Below are positions 31,448 to 41,472 of a DNA stretch of 64,000 nt, piece by piece. A program made the position numbers and the translations under genes. Source of the stretch: Carpediemonas membranifera BICM (Eukaryota; Protista; Fornicata); the NCBI GenBank assembly GCA_019828565.1, contig JAHDYR010000038.1, forward strand, positions 202,735-266,734, read 5' to 3'. The notes beneath the pieces are model-generated. The model was not told the origin of the DNA. It searched no databases and saw only the letters and a list, made by a program, of their open reading frames with translations. Each line of letters begins with the position of its first letter. The stretch's first letter is position 1.

Positions 31448-33796
31448 ATGCGTTTCGAGAACTGGGAAGTCGTCATCACCTATGGGGCGGACAGTTCTCT
31501 TGGATCTATCATCACCGCTGTCTTAGACGAGTTTCTGCTCCGAAACCGCGACAAATCGTTTCGTTTAGACAGCAAGGAGCAGTGCTTGCGCATTCTCCGA
31601 GATTTCCTGACGTCATGTCCACTGAGGGTGACACATAGTGATGCTACGTTACGTAGTGCAGTCGTTAATGCTGATTGGAGCGCATTGATGAGGAATCACA
31701 GCACTGCTCATGTGACTGTTACGCGAGTCGACAACGAGGCGAAGACGAAGAGCCTATACACGGCCATGGCAATTATCTGTGCCGTCGAGTTAGGGAAGAA
31801 TCGCTACGACCGACTCCGCCATGCATTTGTTTCAATGGCCTCCGACATGGGAGTTCGCCTTGGAATTCACACTCCACCGGTGGTAGACAGTCTCCAGAAT
31901 CTTGGGTATGACCTGCTGTCCATCCCAGCCATACGATCTGTTATATCAGACCCAACACTGATCGAGGACGTCAACGCGTTCACTCCTGAGCAGCCCGATG
32001 TCTCTGGGCGTGATGGGGTGTCTAACCAAGAGCTTCAATGTCAAGCAGGAGCCGGTTTCACGCGTAGCGTGGAAGTCGCGGAGGCTTTTTACGTCCTATA
32101 TGACCCAACCACCCACACCGACCTGCAAGAGACTCTCGATGAACACGACTGCCTCTTCGCTCACCACTTCGAGAAGATATCGGGGGAGTCACGGCTATAC
32201 ATTTCGCATGATGATCCATCCAAGCTGCCGGAGATTCAGAGATTATGCCGGAACATGGGCATCATTCCGCGTGGAACAAAGAAATCTCACCGGATGGTGA
32301 TCAGCGCTCTGTCCTATGACCCTGTCGCCCAGATTAAGTTCATGCTGAAGTTCCCCGACCGAGTTCAGCGCGATATCAAGTCAAGCAAGTTCGTTCAATC
32401 CGTCACTATTAACCCGGAGAGCCGACAGGAGGCTTATGGTCTTGAGATGCTCCTATGGTTTGATGGATATCGGGCCGACTGTACGGCGGTCAAATATCGC
32501 ATAATTGATCGCGAGGGAGCAGCCCTACCACAGAAGATTACCCCACCCATGACGCTTCTTACATTTCAGGGCACAGAGAAGCTCATTCCTTCGTTCTTTG
32601 ATGATGTACAGCGGCTAATGAACAAGCTCATTGGTATCCCCTTCGCATGTGGTGACAGTTCGTTGCTCCCACGCAGCCGTGTTGTCATCAGCCTGCTCGG
32701 GATCTGCGGCGATCACAAAGCGTTGCAGATTGTTAGTGGCGTCAAGCGGGGACGATACTACCGCTCTCCATTCTCCTCCCTACACATGGGAAAGGTCGCA
32801 AGCGACCCGTTTGCCAATCGTTGCGATCGCTGGACAATCGCAGATAGCATCCGTCTTCGTGACGCTGGTGGCGTGAAAGACATGACACGGTTTGGGTCCC
32901 GCGATGGTCACCGAGATGTCTGCTGTCTGACCTATGCCAACGAGATAGATGGCCCACTTCACGTGCTCACAAAGTACGCTGATGTCACGTTCATTCCACC
33001 TGTCATGCATGTGAGTCACTATCTTATGAAGGACTTCTGGACGCTGCTTGGCCTTGTCAAGGTTCAACACGCTGGTCAGAACGTGCACACACTTGAGCAG
33101 ATTGAAAAGCTGTTCACGCGGACAACTGGCTGCAACGAGCAGAGCTGGAACAGACGAAAGCTCGCGACACTAGTCAACGAGCACCTTGAGGAGTTTGACC
33201 AGTCACTCCAGCCCTTCATACTCCTTACAGCCAAGTTACAGGCGTTGTATTACTCCTCTGACCACGTGACACACCAGACAATCGCTTTCCATCACGCGGC
33301 GTCCTTTTCTACGTTCATCATGTTCCATGTCTTGACGTTGTTCTATGACCTTCCATCGAGTCGCTCCTCGGTTGCTACGACGCTCAATGATGGTCTCAGA
33401 CTGACTTACTCTCCCAAGTTTACCGGCTCGCTATATCTGAATGCAGTGGTGTCAGTTCTGCCCAAGGTTCACTCGAAACTGCGGCTTCCGATGTTCTATT
33501 TGCTTGAGGAGTACTTCGAACGTGATTTCCTCATCAATGCCCAGTTGCGAGTGGACAAGCATCGATCTTGGGTTCTCGGCTTCCTGGCTCAGAAGACAAT
33601 GGTCGGTCGTGTCCTTGCTCACTACACCCGCCGTGGCTCATCGAGAAAGCATGGTATGGTGTTGCCGATTGCAAGGCAGTGTAAGTCTGTCACATTCTGC
33701 TCGTGTCTATTTGATGCCGACCGGTGTGCCGCCTGGAGAAATCGTCTATTAACTAAGGTACCCAACTGGGATAGGAGGCGAGCCAACAGTCGCTGA
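31448..33796 (+). CDS. DDE transposase-like protein (CMC/Chapaev/Transib-RAG1-like), copy B; probable frameshifted C-terminus to 34011
   Basis: LLWFDGY (D1), GICGDHKALQIVSG...YYRSPF (D2), PPVMH, LLEEYFERDF (E). A +1 frame to 34011 encodes LCICNLC, matching the copy A tail LCCLC. About 1 kb from the right TIR. Confidence 0.72.
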   Translation: MRFENWEVVITYGADSSLGSIITAVLDEFLLRNRDKSFRLDSKEQCLRILRDFLTSCPLRVTHSDATLRSAVVNADWSALMRNHSTAHVTVTRVDNEAKTKSLYTAMAIICAVELGKNRYDRLRHAFVSMASDMGVRLGIHTPPVVDSLQNLGYDLLSIPAIRSVISDPTLIEDVNAFTPEQPDVSGRDGVSNQELQCQAGAGFTRSVEVAEAFYVLYDPTTHTDLQETLDEHDCLFAHHFEKISGESRLYISHDDPSKLPEIQRLCRNMGIIPRGTKKSHRMVISALSYDPVAQIKFMLKFPDRVQRDIKSSKFVQSVTINPESRQEAYGLEMLLWFDGYRADCTAVKYRIIDREGAALPQKITPPMTLLTFQGTEKLIPSFFDDVQRLMNKLIGIPFACGDSSLLPRSRVVISLLGICGDHKALQIVSGVKRGRYYRSPFSSLHMGKVASDPFANRCDRWTIADSIRLRDAGGVKDMTRFGSRDGHRDVCCLTYANEIDGPLHVLTKYADVTFIPPVMHVSHYLMKDFWTLLGLVKVQHAGQNVHTLEQIEKLFTRTTGCNEQSWNRRKLATLVNEHLEEFDQSLQPFILLTAKLQALYYSSDHVTHQTIAFHHAASFSTFIMFHVLTLFYDLPSSRSSVATTLNDGLRLTYSPKFTGSLYLNAVVSVLPKVHSKLRLPMFYLLEEYFERDFLINAQLRVDKHRSWVLGFLAQKTMVGRVLAHYTRRGSSRKHGMVLPIARQCKSVTFCSCLFDADRCAAWRNRLLTKVPNWDRRRANSR

Positions 33797-34970
33797 ATGC
33801 GCTGTTTAGTGGATGGGTCAAGGGTATCTGTGAGGAGCCGGAGGAGATCCGGGAACTCATCACTGTTGACGAGACAGCCAAGACGATTTGTGTAAGGACG
33901 GCGGACAGTGGTCTGGATGAGACTCTCTGCATCTGCAATCTGTGCAACAGTGAGCAGCGAGCGGAGGAGCTGATGAGGAGGACTGGGCACAATCTTCGCC
34001 CGAGAAGATAGATAGATGGATAATCGGAGTATGTATATAAAGGGTTCTTTATGTTTACACTATCTTCACCAATCTACAGTCAATTACGTCTATTGCGAGC
34101 GAAGAACAGCTTTCAGTAAGAAATTTGAGGCAACTGTCAGGTAATTCTTAGTAACGTCGTCGGCAATGGCGTAATAGTCATCAATTTCAGTCAAGTGACT
34201 CAGCTTAACGCGCATTTGCTTGATTTCGGCGATAAACTCGGCCCGCTTCATTCGTTTGTCATAAAGTGCATTCCGGCCATATCACAAGTTTTCTTCATCA
34301 CAAGGCACGCACGGGGGTGTAAGCGGGACCGAGGCTACCACCACAGCCTCTTCTGAGCCGATGGATACCTTTTGTTGATTTGCCAGAATTGACCAAACGA
34401 CGAGGAATGCTTGATATGCCGCGTATGGATGATTTGAAGAAGAACTGAAGGTGAAAGACAAAGATCATAGAAATACACATCATGCGGCTCACTTTTGGAG
34501 ACATTGGAGGTAAATTAGCTTTTAGGATCGTTTTTCGTTTGCCAGGCAAAGTTTTGAGTGTTTTCTCGAGAATACTCGATGCCGTATGCAATCTTGCTGC
34601 TATTTGATGCAGAACAAAGGTTGTTATGTGACACAGATGTTCTCACTTGCTTTCGGCCTTCTTTGTTGGCGAGCAAAAGCAAACTTCTTTGGGAGCAATT
34701 CCCAAAAGTCGCATCTTTACGCACCCAGGAAATTTTATCTCGGCATACTGGACCAGTGGGGGAGGCACGGCAGTCTATCCCGACCCTAGATGAACCATGA
34801 GACAGTTTTTCGACGAGAGTTTGTGCGATGCCACTGACTTCGCGAGTGAAGGTCTTCAGCATGTTGTACGGATGTCTAAACGATGCCTTGTGCAAGTGCA
34901 AGGCGTAATACGCTGTAGTTTAATTGTTTGAGCGCGTTCATTTTTTCTTGCAATCGTCCTTTTTTCATGT

Positions 34971-35029
34971 ATTCCGGGACTTATTCCGGGACTTTAAGTC
35001 CCGGTTAAAGTACCAGAAAAAACAGCATG
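34971..35029 (-). repeat. Right terminal inverted repeat
   Basis: ATTCCGGGACTT x2, TAAGTCCCGG...CAGCATG; reverse complement of the left end. Confidence 0.92.
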
Positions 35030-36072
35030 TTGTATCTGTACGCCTGCCCGTTCGGGAGGACGATCCCCAGTAGCGTGGAGTCGGTCGGAGCCACACCCAT
35101 CTGGTGGTAGCCGGAGGCTAAGTCGATCTTGAGCATGAAGTCGTTGCGCTTGAGGTTGCGCACTGCTCGTTTTAGGCCGAAGAGCCGGAAGACCCGCGTC
35201 TCCGCAGTGATTGCGTTGAGGTCGCGTAGGTCGTGTACCGGGCGGACATCGTGCTCGCCCTTTGCAACCGCGAAGAGCGGGGCACTGTGCCGGAGTTGCC
35301 CGCTGGTACAGGGTGAGATCACGCCAAGTCGGACCATCTCGTCGAGCTTTGGGGTGAGCCGTGGGTCCAGGCGCCGTTGTGGCGTGGGTGGCGGGGAGTG
35401 CCTGTTAGCTTGATAGGTACGCCGTGACGGAGCCAGCCGACCACCTCGTCCGAGGCGCCGAGCCTTTCCCATAACCACCACCTCGCGTTCATCGACGGGA
35501 ATTGATGAACAGAGGTTGTTATGTTCTCTTCTTCTTGTGAAACCCCCCATGTTACCGTTGGTGTCCTTACGCCTGCCCTTAGAGCGGGCCTTCGCTGCGC
35601 AGTAAGCGATGGTGCGGCTGCTCTTGCTTTCTGTGCTGTTGAAGAGGTCCTGAAACAGCTCGGTCGTGGCATCGGACCAGTTATCATCTTTGAGGTCTAG
35701 GACCATTCTACGAGCCTGTAGTTCGAGAAGAAGACGTTGTTTCGTCGCGGAATCTGGGAGAGCACTAGTGATCACGACAACGCGTTGAAGCCACTTCGCT
35801 TCTGCCTTGAGAGGTCTCTTGCTTGGTAACTCCGAGAAGGTGTCCATCTCTGCCAGAGTTGCATCTATGTCCTCCATCGTGTCCTCCTCCAACGATTCGG
35901 AGGTATTGAACCTAGCAACGGTGGAACTTTCGAGCATTTCGTCGTCAGGTTCTTTCTCTGGCGGAGGCGGAGGAGCAAGCCTGTTCAGGGCTTCGGACAT
36001 GGAATTGATTGAAGCTTCTAGCTTATCTAAGCGTGTTGCCGTCGGATCCGGCGGATCCGAACCTTGCGCCAT
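35030..36072 (-). mobile_element. DIRS-type retrotransposon 5' part: gag-like ORF and N-terminal RT
   Basis: WERLGASDEVVGWLRHGVPI (DIRS pol start, overlapping frame), then SAPLFAVAK...RPVHDLRDLN...MLKIDLASGYHQ...YRYN; frameshift near 35400. Confidence 0.85.
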
Positions 36073-36700
36073 TCTGTCCGCATAAACTGCGTGACTCGCC
36101 TGACCGGCGAAACACCTTTTGCCCGGAGTGAGGCTATCGCATCGCCCTCCGCTCCGGGCCCGTTACCCGAGGTAACCTTACTGACGATGTAGCGCCAGTT
36201 GTGCCCGACTCGCGGGCCACCTGACCCTCTACACTCTGTAGATCCAACGGGGGGAAAAATATTTACGCAAGAAACCCCTGTTTCGCCGCGTCAATATTCG
36301 AAGACTTACGCGCCTTCGGCTCCTAAGTAAGTCTTGGGTTTCCCTCGCGTACCGACGAGGGACGCTCTCCCGAGCGCGTTCTTACAGCCACCGGCTGCGA
36401 ATCGTTCGTCATCTGGCCGCATAAACTGCGCCGACCAATCTTGACCAATGACGCGGGCATCCGGCGATTGCCGGCCTCGCCCACGTCCCGTCGCCCTTGC
36501 GACAATGAGCTGGGGTACTACCCGCATTTATGGGGACTCCGCGCCTGTGCGTATAGTCCTCTGGGAGCCCTGGCGATTAAGCCAGACGGACGGTTTCCTT
36601 CCCAGCACCGATGAGAGTTTCACAACCACATCGACAACCAAGACGACTCCCGTTTCTTGACAGGAACATCGAGCATTAAGCTATCAGTTTATCAATCACC

Positions 36701-39087
36701 TTACTCAGCGAGGAGCTCGTTGATGTGCTGCCCAGCACGGCGACCAGCACCAAAGGCGCTGATTACAGTAGAAGCACCGGAACTTATGTCACCGCCAGCG
36801 TAGACGCCCTTGAGGTTGGTCTGGCAGGTCTCGTCATCAGCGATGACGTTACCGCGCTGGTTAAGGGCGAGCTCGGGCCAGGAGCGGAGGAGCATGGGGT
36901 TGGGACCCTGCCCGATGGCGACAACGAGCTGGTCAGCCTCGATGACCTCAGTCTCGTCGGTCTCAATGGGGCGGCGACGGCCAGAGGCGTCGGCCTCACC
37001 GAGCATCATCTTGCGGACCTTGAGGCCAGACATGCGGCCCATGTCGTCGCCGATGCACTCGAGGGGCGAGCACAGCTCCTTGACCTGGACGCCCTCCTCG
37101 ATGGCGTGCTCGATCTCCTCAAGACGAGCGGGCATCTCGGCGCGGGTGCGGCGGTAGACCATGTAGACGTTGTCAGCACCGAGGCGGAGAGCGCAACGGG
37201 CAGCATCGCAGGCGACGTTGCCACCGCCAACGATGCAGACGTTACGGCCGTGGAGGACAGGGGTCTGGTAGTCGGGGTAGCGGTAGGCCTTCATGAGGTT
37301 GACGCGAGTGAGGAACTCGTTCGAGGAGTAGACGCCCTTGAGGTTCTCGCCAGGGATGTTAAGCATCCAGGGGAGGCCGGCGCCGGTGCCAATGAAGACG
37401 GCGTCGAAGTTGTCGCACAGCTCGGGGCCGGAGGAGGCCTGGCCGACGGGGAAGTTGGTGCGGATGTTGACACCGAGGGCGCGGATGTAGTCAATCTCAC
37501 GGGCGACAATCTCCTTGGGGAGACGGAACTGGGGGATGCCGTAGACGAGGACACCGCCGGGGTTGGAGAGGGCCTCGAACATGGTGACCTTGTGGCCAGC
37601 CTTGGCGCACTCAGCGGCGCAGACGATACCAGCGGGACCGGCGCCGATGATGGCGACGGTCTTGCCGGTGGGCTCGGGCTTGGTGACGTCGAGCTTGCCG
37701 TGGTCAGCGGCGTAGTCCGAGACGAAGCGCTCGAGGCGGCCGATCTGGATGGACTTGCCCTTCTTGGCGTAGATGCAGCCAATCTTGTCGCCGACCTGCT
37801 GGCACTGGGACTCCTGGGGGCACACACGGCCAGAGATACGGCCGGCGGGGTTGGTCTGCTTGATCACGGCGTCGGCACCGAGGAAGTCACCCTCCTGGAT
37901 CTTGCCGATGAAGCCCTTGATATCGATACCGACGGGGCAGCCGCGCTGGCAGGCGGGGTCGCGGCACTGGATGCAGCGGTTGGCCTCAGAGACGGCCATG
38001 GTGGGGGTGTAGCCGAGGGCGACCTCGTCGAAGTTGGTCACACGGAAAGCAGGCTCCTGGTGGGGCATGGGGGTGGGGCCAGAGGCCTTTGCCTTGCCCA
38101 TCTTCTTCTCCTTGCCGCCGAGGGGACGCATCTTGTCCTCGGGCTCCTTGTACGTCTGGAGACGGGAGAGCATCTCGTCCCACTGGACCTTGTGGCCGTC
38201 AAACTCGGGGCCGTCGACGCAGGTGAACATGACGTCGTCGCCGACAGTCACACGGCAGCCGCCGCACTGTGTTAGGGAAAGGAGGGGGTTATACGAACCA
38301 TGCCAGTACCGTCGACCATGACGGTGTTGAGCGAGACCACGGTGTGGACGCCGAAGGGCTCAGAGGTCTTGGAGACGAACTTCATCATGATGGGCGGGCC
38401 GATAGCGACAACGAGGGCGAACTTCTCGTCCTTGCGCTCGAGGACCTCCTTGAGGGCGTCAGTGACGAAGCCCTTGCGGCCGTAGGAGCCGTTATCGGTG
38501 CAGATGATCTGCTCGTCGGCCCACTCAGCCATCTTGTCTTCCCAGAAGATGAGGTCCTTGTCGCGAGCACCCATGATCGAGATGGTCTTGTTACCAGCTT
38601 GCTTCATCTTGCGGAGGATGGGGAAGACGGGGGCGACGCCGAGGCCACCAGCAACGGTGATGACGGTGCCGTCGAACTTCTCGACCTCAGACATCTTGCC
38701 CAGGGGCCCGACGACGTCGAGGAAGCGAGCGCCGGGCTGAAGGCCAGCGATCTTGGTGGAGGAGAAGCCAACGTGCTGGATGACGAGGCTGATCCAACCC
38801 TCCTCGGCGTTGAAATCGGCGATGGTGAGGGGGATACGCTCAGCGCGCTCGTCAACGCGGACAATGACGAACTGGCCGGGCTCGCAGTACTTAGCGATGT
38901 GAGGAACCATCACGCGGAGCTCGGTGATGATGTCAGAGATGACGACGCGGTCGATAACGCGGTTGAGGAACTCATCGGGCTCATCGCGGATGTCGAAAGG
39001 CTTCTGGTTGGCGACGAACGCCTTATCCACTGGTATAAGGTAGGTGAAATAGGATAACTAACTGTTGCAAGTGTGATCAGCGCTCAT
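36701..39087 (-). CDS. Fused NfnA-NfnB / sulfide dehydrogenase-like flavin Fe-S oxidoreductase
   Basis: N-half PGQFVIVR..ERIPLTI, GGLGVAP, DGTGM|CGGC..CVDGPEF; C-half GltD-like EANRCIQC..C..GCP, GRVCPQE, GAGPAG, GGGNVA. Introns 39030-39062 and 38267-38298 restore the frame. Confidence 0.92.
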
Positions 39088-39840
39088 TTGTCCGTACGCA
39101 GGCACAGAAGTTCTGCAGGTTTCGTTGCATGAAAAAAAATCGAATTGAATCAAACTGTATACCATCGTATCCCGGGGATCTGCGCCCTCTAGCCAGTGGA
39201 TAATACACTCTGCGTGCTCCACAACAGTGTCTATTCGTTCAAGCGCTGTGGCCGTTCCGCTATGGGTGACGTGACTGCAGTGCCTCCCTCGGCTGGGCAA
39301 GGCAAGTGACGCCATCGATGATGCATATTTACCAGCTAGGTCCAGATCAGGTAGGCACAATATCAAAAATTCTGCAGTGGCTTGACCTCCTCTTCGATCC
39401 TTATCGATCCTATTCAACAATGCATGGCCTGCTGGGCAGAGGGGGTCGCGCCAGGGAGTCTAGTCGGGCCGAGAATCCTACAGACTACTTCAAAGGTGGG
39501 TCGGCCACAAAAGTAACGCCGATGATGATGAACCTGTTTCCAGTATATCCCAGAGGATCAAGTCATCAGAATCGCTGCCGTCGGGGCGTTTCAGCGCCCC
39601 TTTTCATGTGAGGGTTGGGTCGCCGCGCACATACCCGGGTCCAGGGGGAGAGCTGGGGTCCCCTGTGGCGCGGCTGCCCTCCACCATCTCCCGATGAATC
39701 ACCCCGAGTGATACGCTGAAGTCATCAAATGGTTCTGCGAGAAGCACGCGACAAGAACCACCCGATCGCAACCATATTGATCGACCAGTGCAGCCGCATG
39801 GGTCGACTGTCGAGTTTACAGAAAAGAACATTTATCACGT

Positions 39841-40944
39841 CTACTTGGCGACGATGAGACTATACGCCTGCGTGTCGTGCAGATACGTGAGGGCACTAAT
39901 GCCGTTGGTGGCGATGACGGCATCAGCCTCCATGATCTGATAGTCGCCGAGGTCGAGGACAACAGCAGACTTGATCCTCCAAGAGGAGCCGGTCTTGCCT
40001 ACAACGACCTTGGTGATGGCCCAGCTGTTGTGGTTGGTCAGGCAGATAATGGGGATTTCGATGGTGTTGGCGTCAACAACGGCGGGGGAGGCGCCCTGCA
40101 TCAACTGGACATAGATGCCCTGGGACTTGAGGTTGAGCATGGCGTCGGTGATGTCGAGCTTGAAGGAGGTGAGCTGGGTGCCAGAACGCTGGAAGATGAC
40201 GAACGAAGGCTTGAACTCGCCGGTTTCCATGTTTTCGTAGTGGTAGACGACGATGCCTTGGCCAGAAGAGGCGGAGTCATCACCCATGCTGTACTCAGCT
40301 GGGACGGGGATGGACTGGGTCTTCTTCCAGGCGCCACCAGTCCTTGTAGCGATCACAGCAGTGCCGTTGGTGTCGATGAGGACCATGTCGTCGTCAACAA
40401 TCCTGAGGCCGATGGGCTTGCTGTCAACGGGGACGGTGTCAGTCACACCGGCAACAAGCTTGTCGCCAGAGCGGACGTATTCTTCAACCTTCCCAGCCGG
40501 GGTGATGGAGACGATGTGGTCGGCAGTAAGATCAGCGCCAGCGGTCTCTTCCGTCATGCGGATGACATGACCGGGCGTCAGCTTGTTGTTGGTGCGAGAA
40601 TAGTCGATAAGCTCGGTAGCATATGTATTGGGGTCGGAGGCAGAGACAATGAGGTGCTTGTCGTTCATTGCTTGGGGGAAGGCAATCGGATAGGCGTCAT
40701 TGACGATCGTGTCCGAATGAGACCACGTCTTTCCGTTGTCGGAGCTGGTGTAGATGTAGATCTTGGTGTCCCAGTCTCCTTCAGCCCACTTGCCAACAGC
40801 GATGGGAATCATCGTGGCATCAGCGATTACGTTCATAGGGAAGAAGGAACCGTCCTTGTCGCCATTGGGAATCGTGCCTACAGTCGTCTTAGTCATGCAA
40901 GAAGCATACGCAATGAGCGCTACGAAAAGAATCGTCCGAATCAT
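39841..40944 (-). CDS. Secreted beta-rich hypothetical protein (one Asp-box SSDNGKTW)
   Basis: Signal-like MIRTILFVALIAYASC; strong codon bias. Confidence 0.65.
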   Translation of the reverse strand: MIRTILFVALIAYASCMTKTTVGTIPNGDKDGSFFPMNVIADATMIPIAVGKWAEGDWDTKIYIYTSSDNGKTWSHSDTIVNDAYPIAFPQAMNDKHLIVSASDPNTYATELIDYSRTNNKLTPGHVIRMTEETAGADLTADHIVSITPAGKVEEYVRSGDKLVAGVTDTVPVDSKPIGLRIVDDDMVLIDTNGTAVIATRTGGAWKKTQSIPVPAEYSMGDDSASSGQGIVVYHYENMETGEFKPSFVIFQRSGTQLTSFKLDITDAMLNLKSQGIYVQLMQGASPAVVDANTIEIPIICLTNHNSWAITKVVVGKTGSSWRIKSAVVLDLGDYQIMEADAVIATNGISALTYLHDTQAYSLIVAK

Positions 40945-41472
40945 CGCTTTCGTTGTGTTGTGGTCCCAACTTGTCCAGGATTCTCGAGATGCGAATCTAG
41001 AATCTTCTCCCGATCTGGCGACAGAGATACTCAACTTCCACTTTGCTCTAAATACCCAGATACATCTTAGCTGGGTGCAACTGGCCCACGCAGCTCGGTT
41101 TGGGCGATGACGGCACAAATTGGTGTGGGGGACAGTGCGTGTCATCGTGCCTGGGGCTGAAAAGTGCCCGGAAGAGTACCAGTAACATGTCCTTGTCCGA
41201 GGGTGACACTCGCCGCACCATCACCTAAAGGCTCAGTCGCGTTCTTCGAAGTTATGATTGAGGACCTGGGCCAACGTCGACCGGGGTGATCTCCTCCCAC
41301 CTTTTGGGCGCTCCACAGTCGACCAGCTTAGCCATCCCATCTGACTCTCCTGTCTTTTCCTACCACTGGCCAGTGGAGTCGCGGAAGCGGTTGGGGATAA
41401 GACTGAACGCTGTCGCCTCAAGGGGGACCTCGTAATGACACCACGATTCTTGGCAGTGGGTGACGCCCTCGG

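Larger units (their letters stand above)
927..35029. mobile_element. ~34.1-kb giant TIR DNA transposon with cargo genes, nested in a DIRS-type RT gene
   Basis: TIRs at both ends and TT flanking both ends (925-926, 35030-35031). Excision restores TAC AAC ACA CTA GGG TTC (YNTLGF) in the RT. Two DDE-transposase-like ORFs lie inside. Confidence 0.88.

Noticed and set aside
927-35029. Polinton/Maverick, virophage or endogenous giant virus
   Set aside because: No recognisable pPolB, retroviral-type integrase, packaging ATPase or capsid ORF; the TSD is not 6 bp; genes have host-type introns. A highly divergent capsid among the hypothetical ORFs cannot be fully excluded.
35005-36072. Single 355-aa gag-RT ORF as listed
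   Set aside because: It is chimeric: it crosses a frameshift near 35400 and ends inside the TIR.
36725-39057. Long plus-strand ORFs (also 39877-41070, 43807-44982, 54558-56288)
   Set aside because: Antisense shadows of codon-biased real genes.
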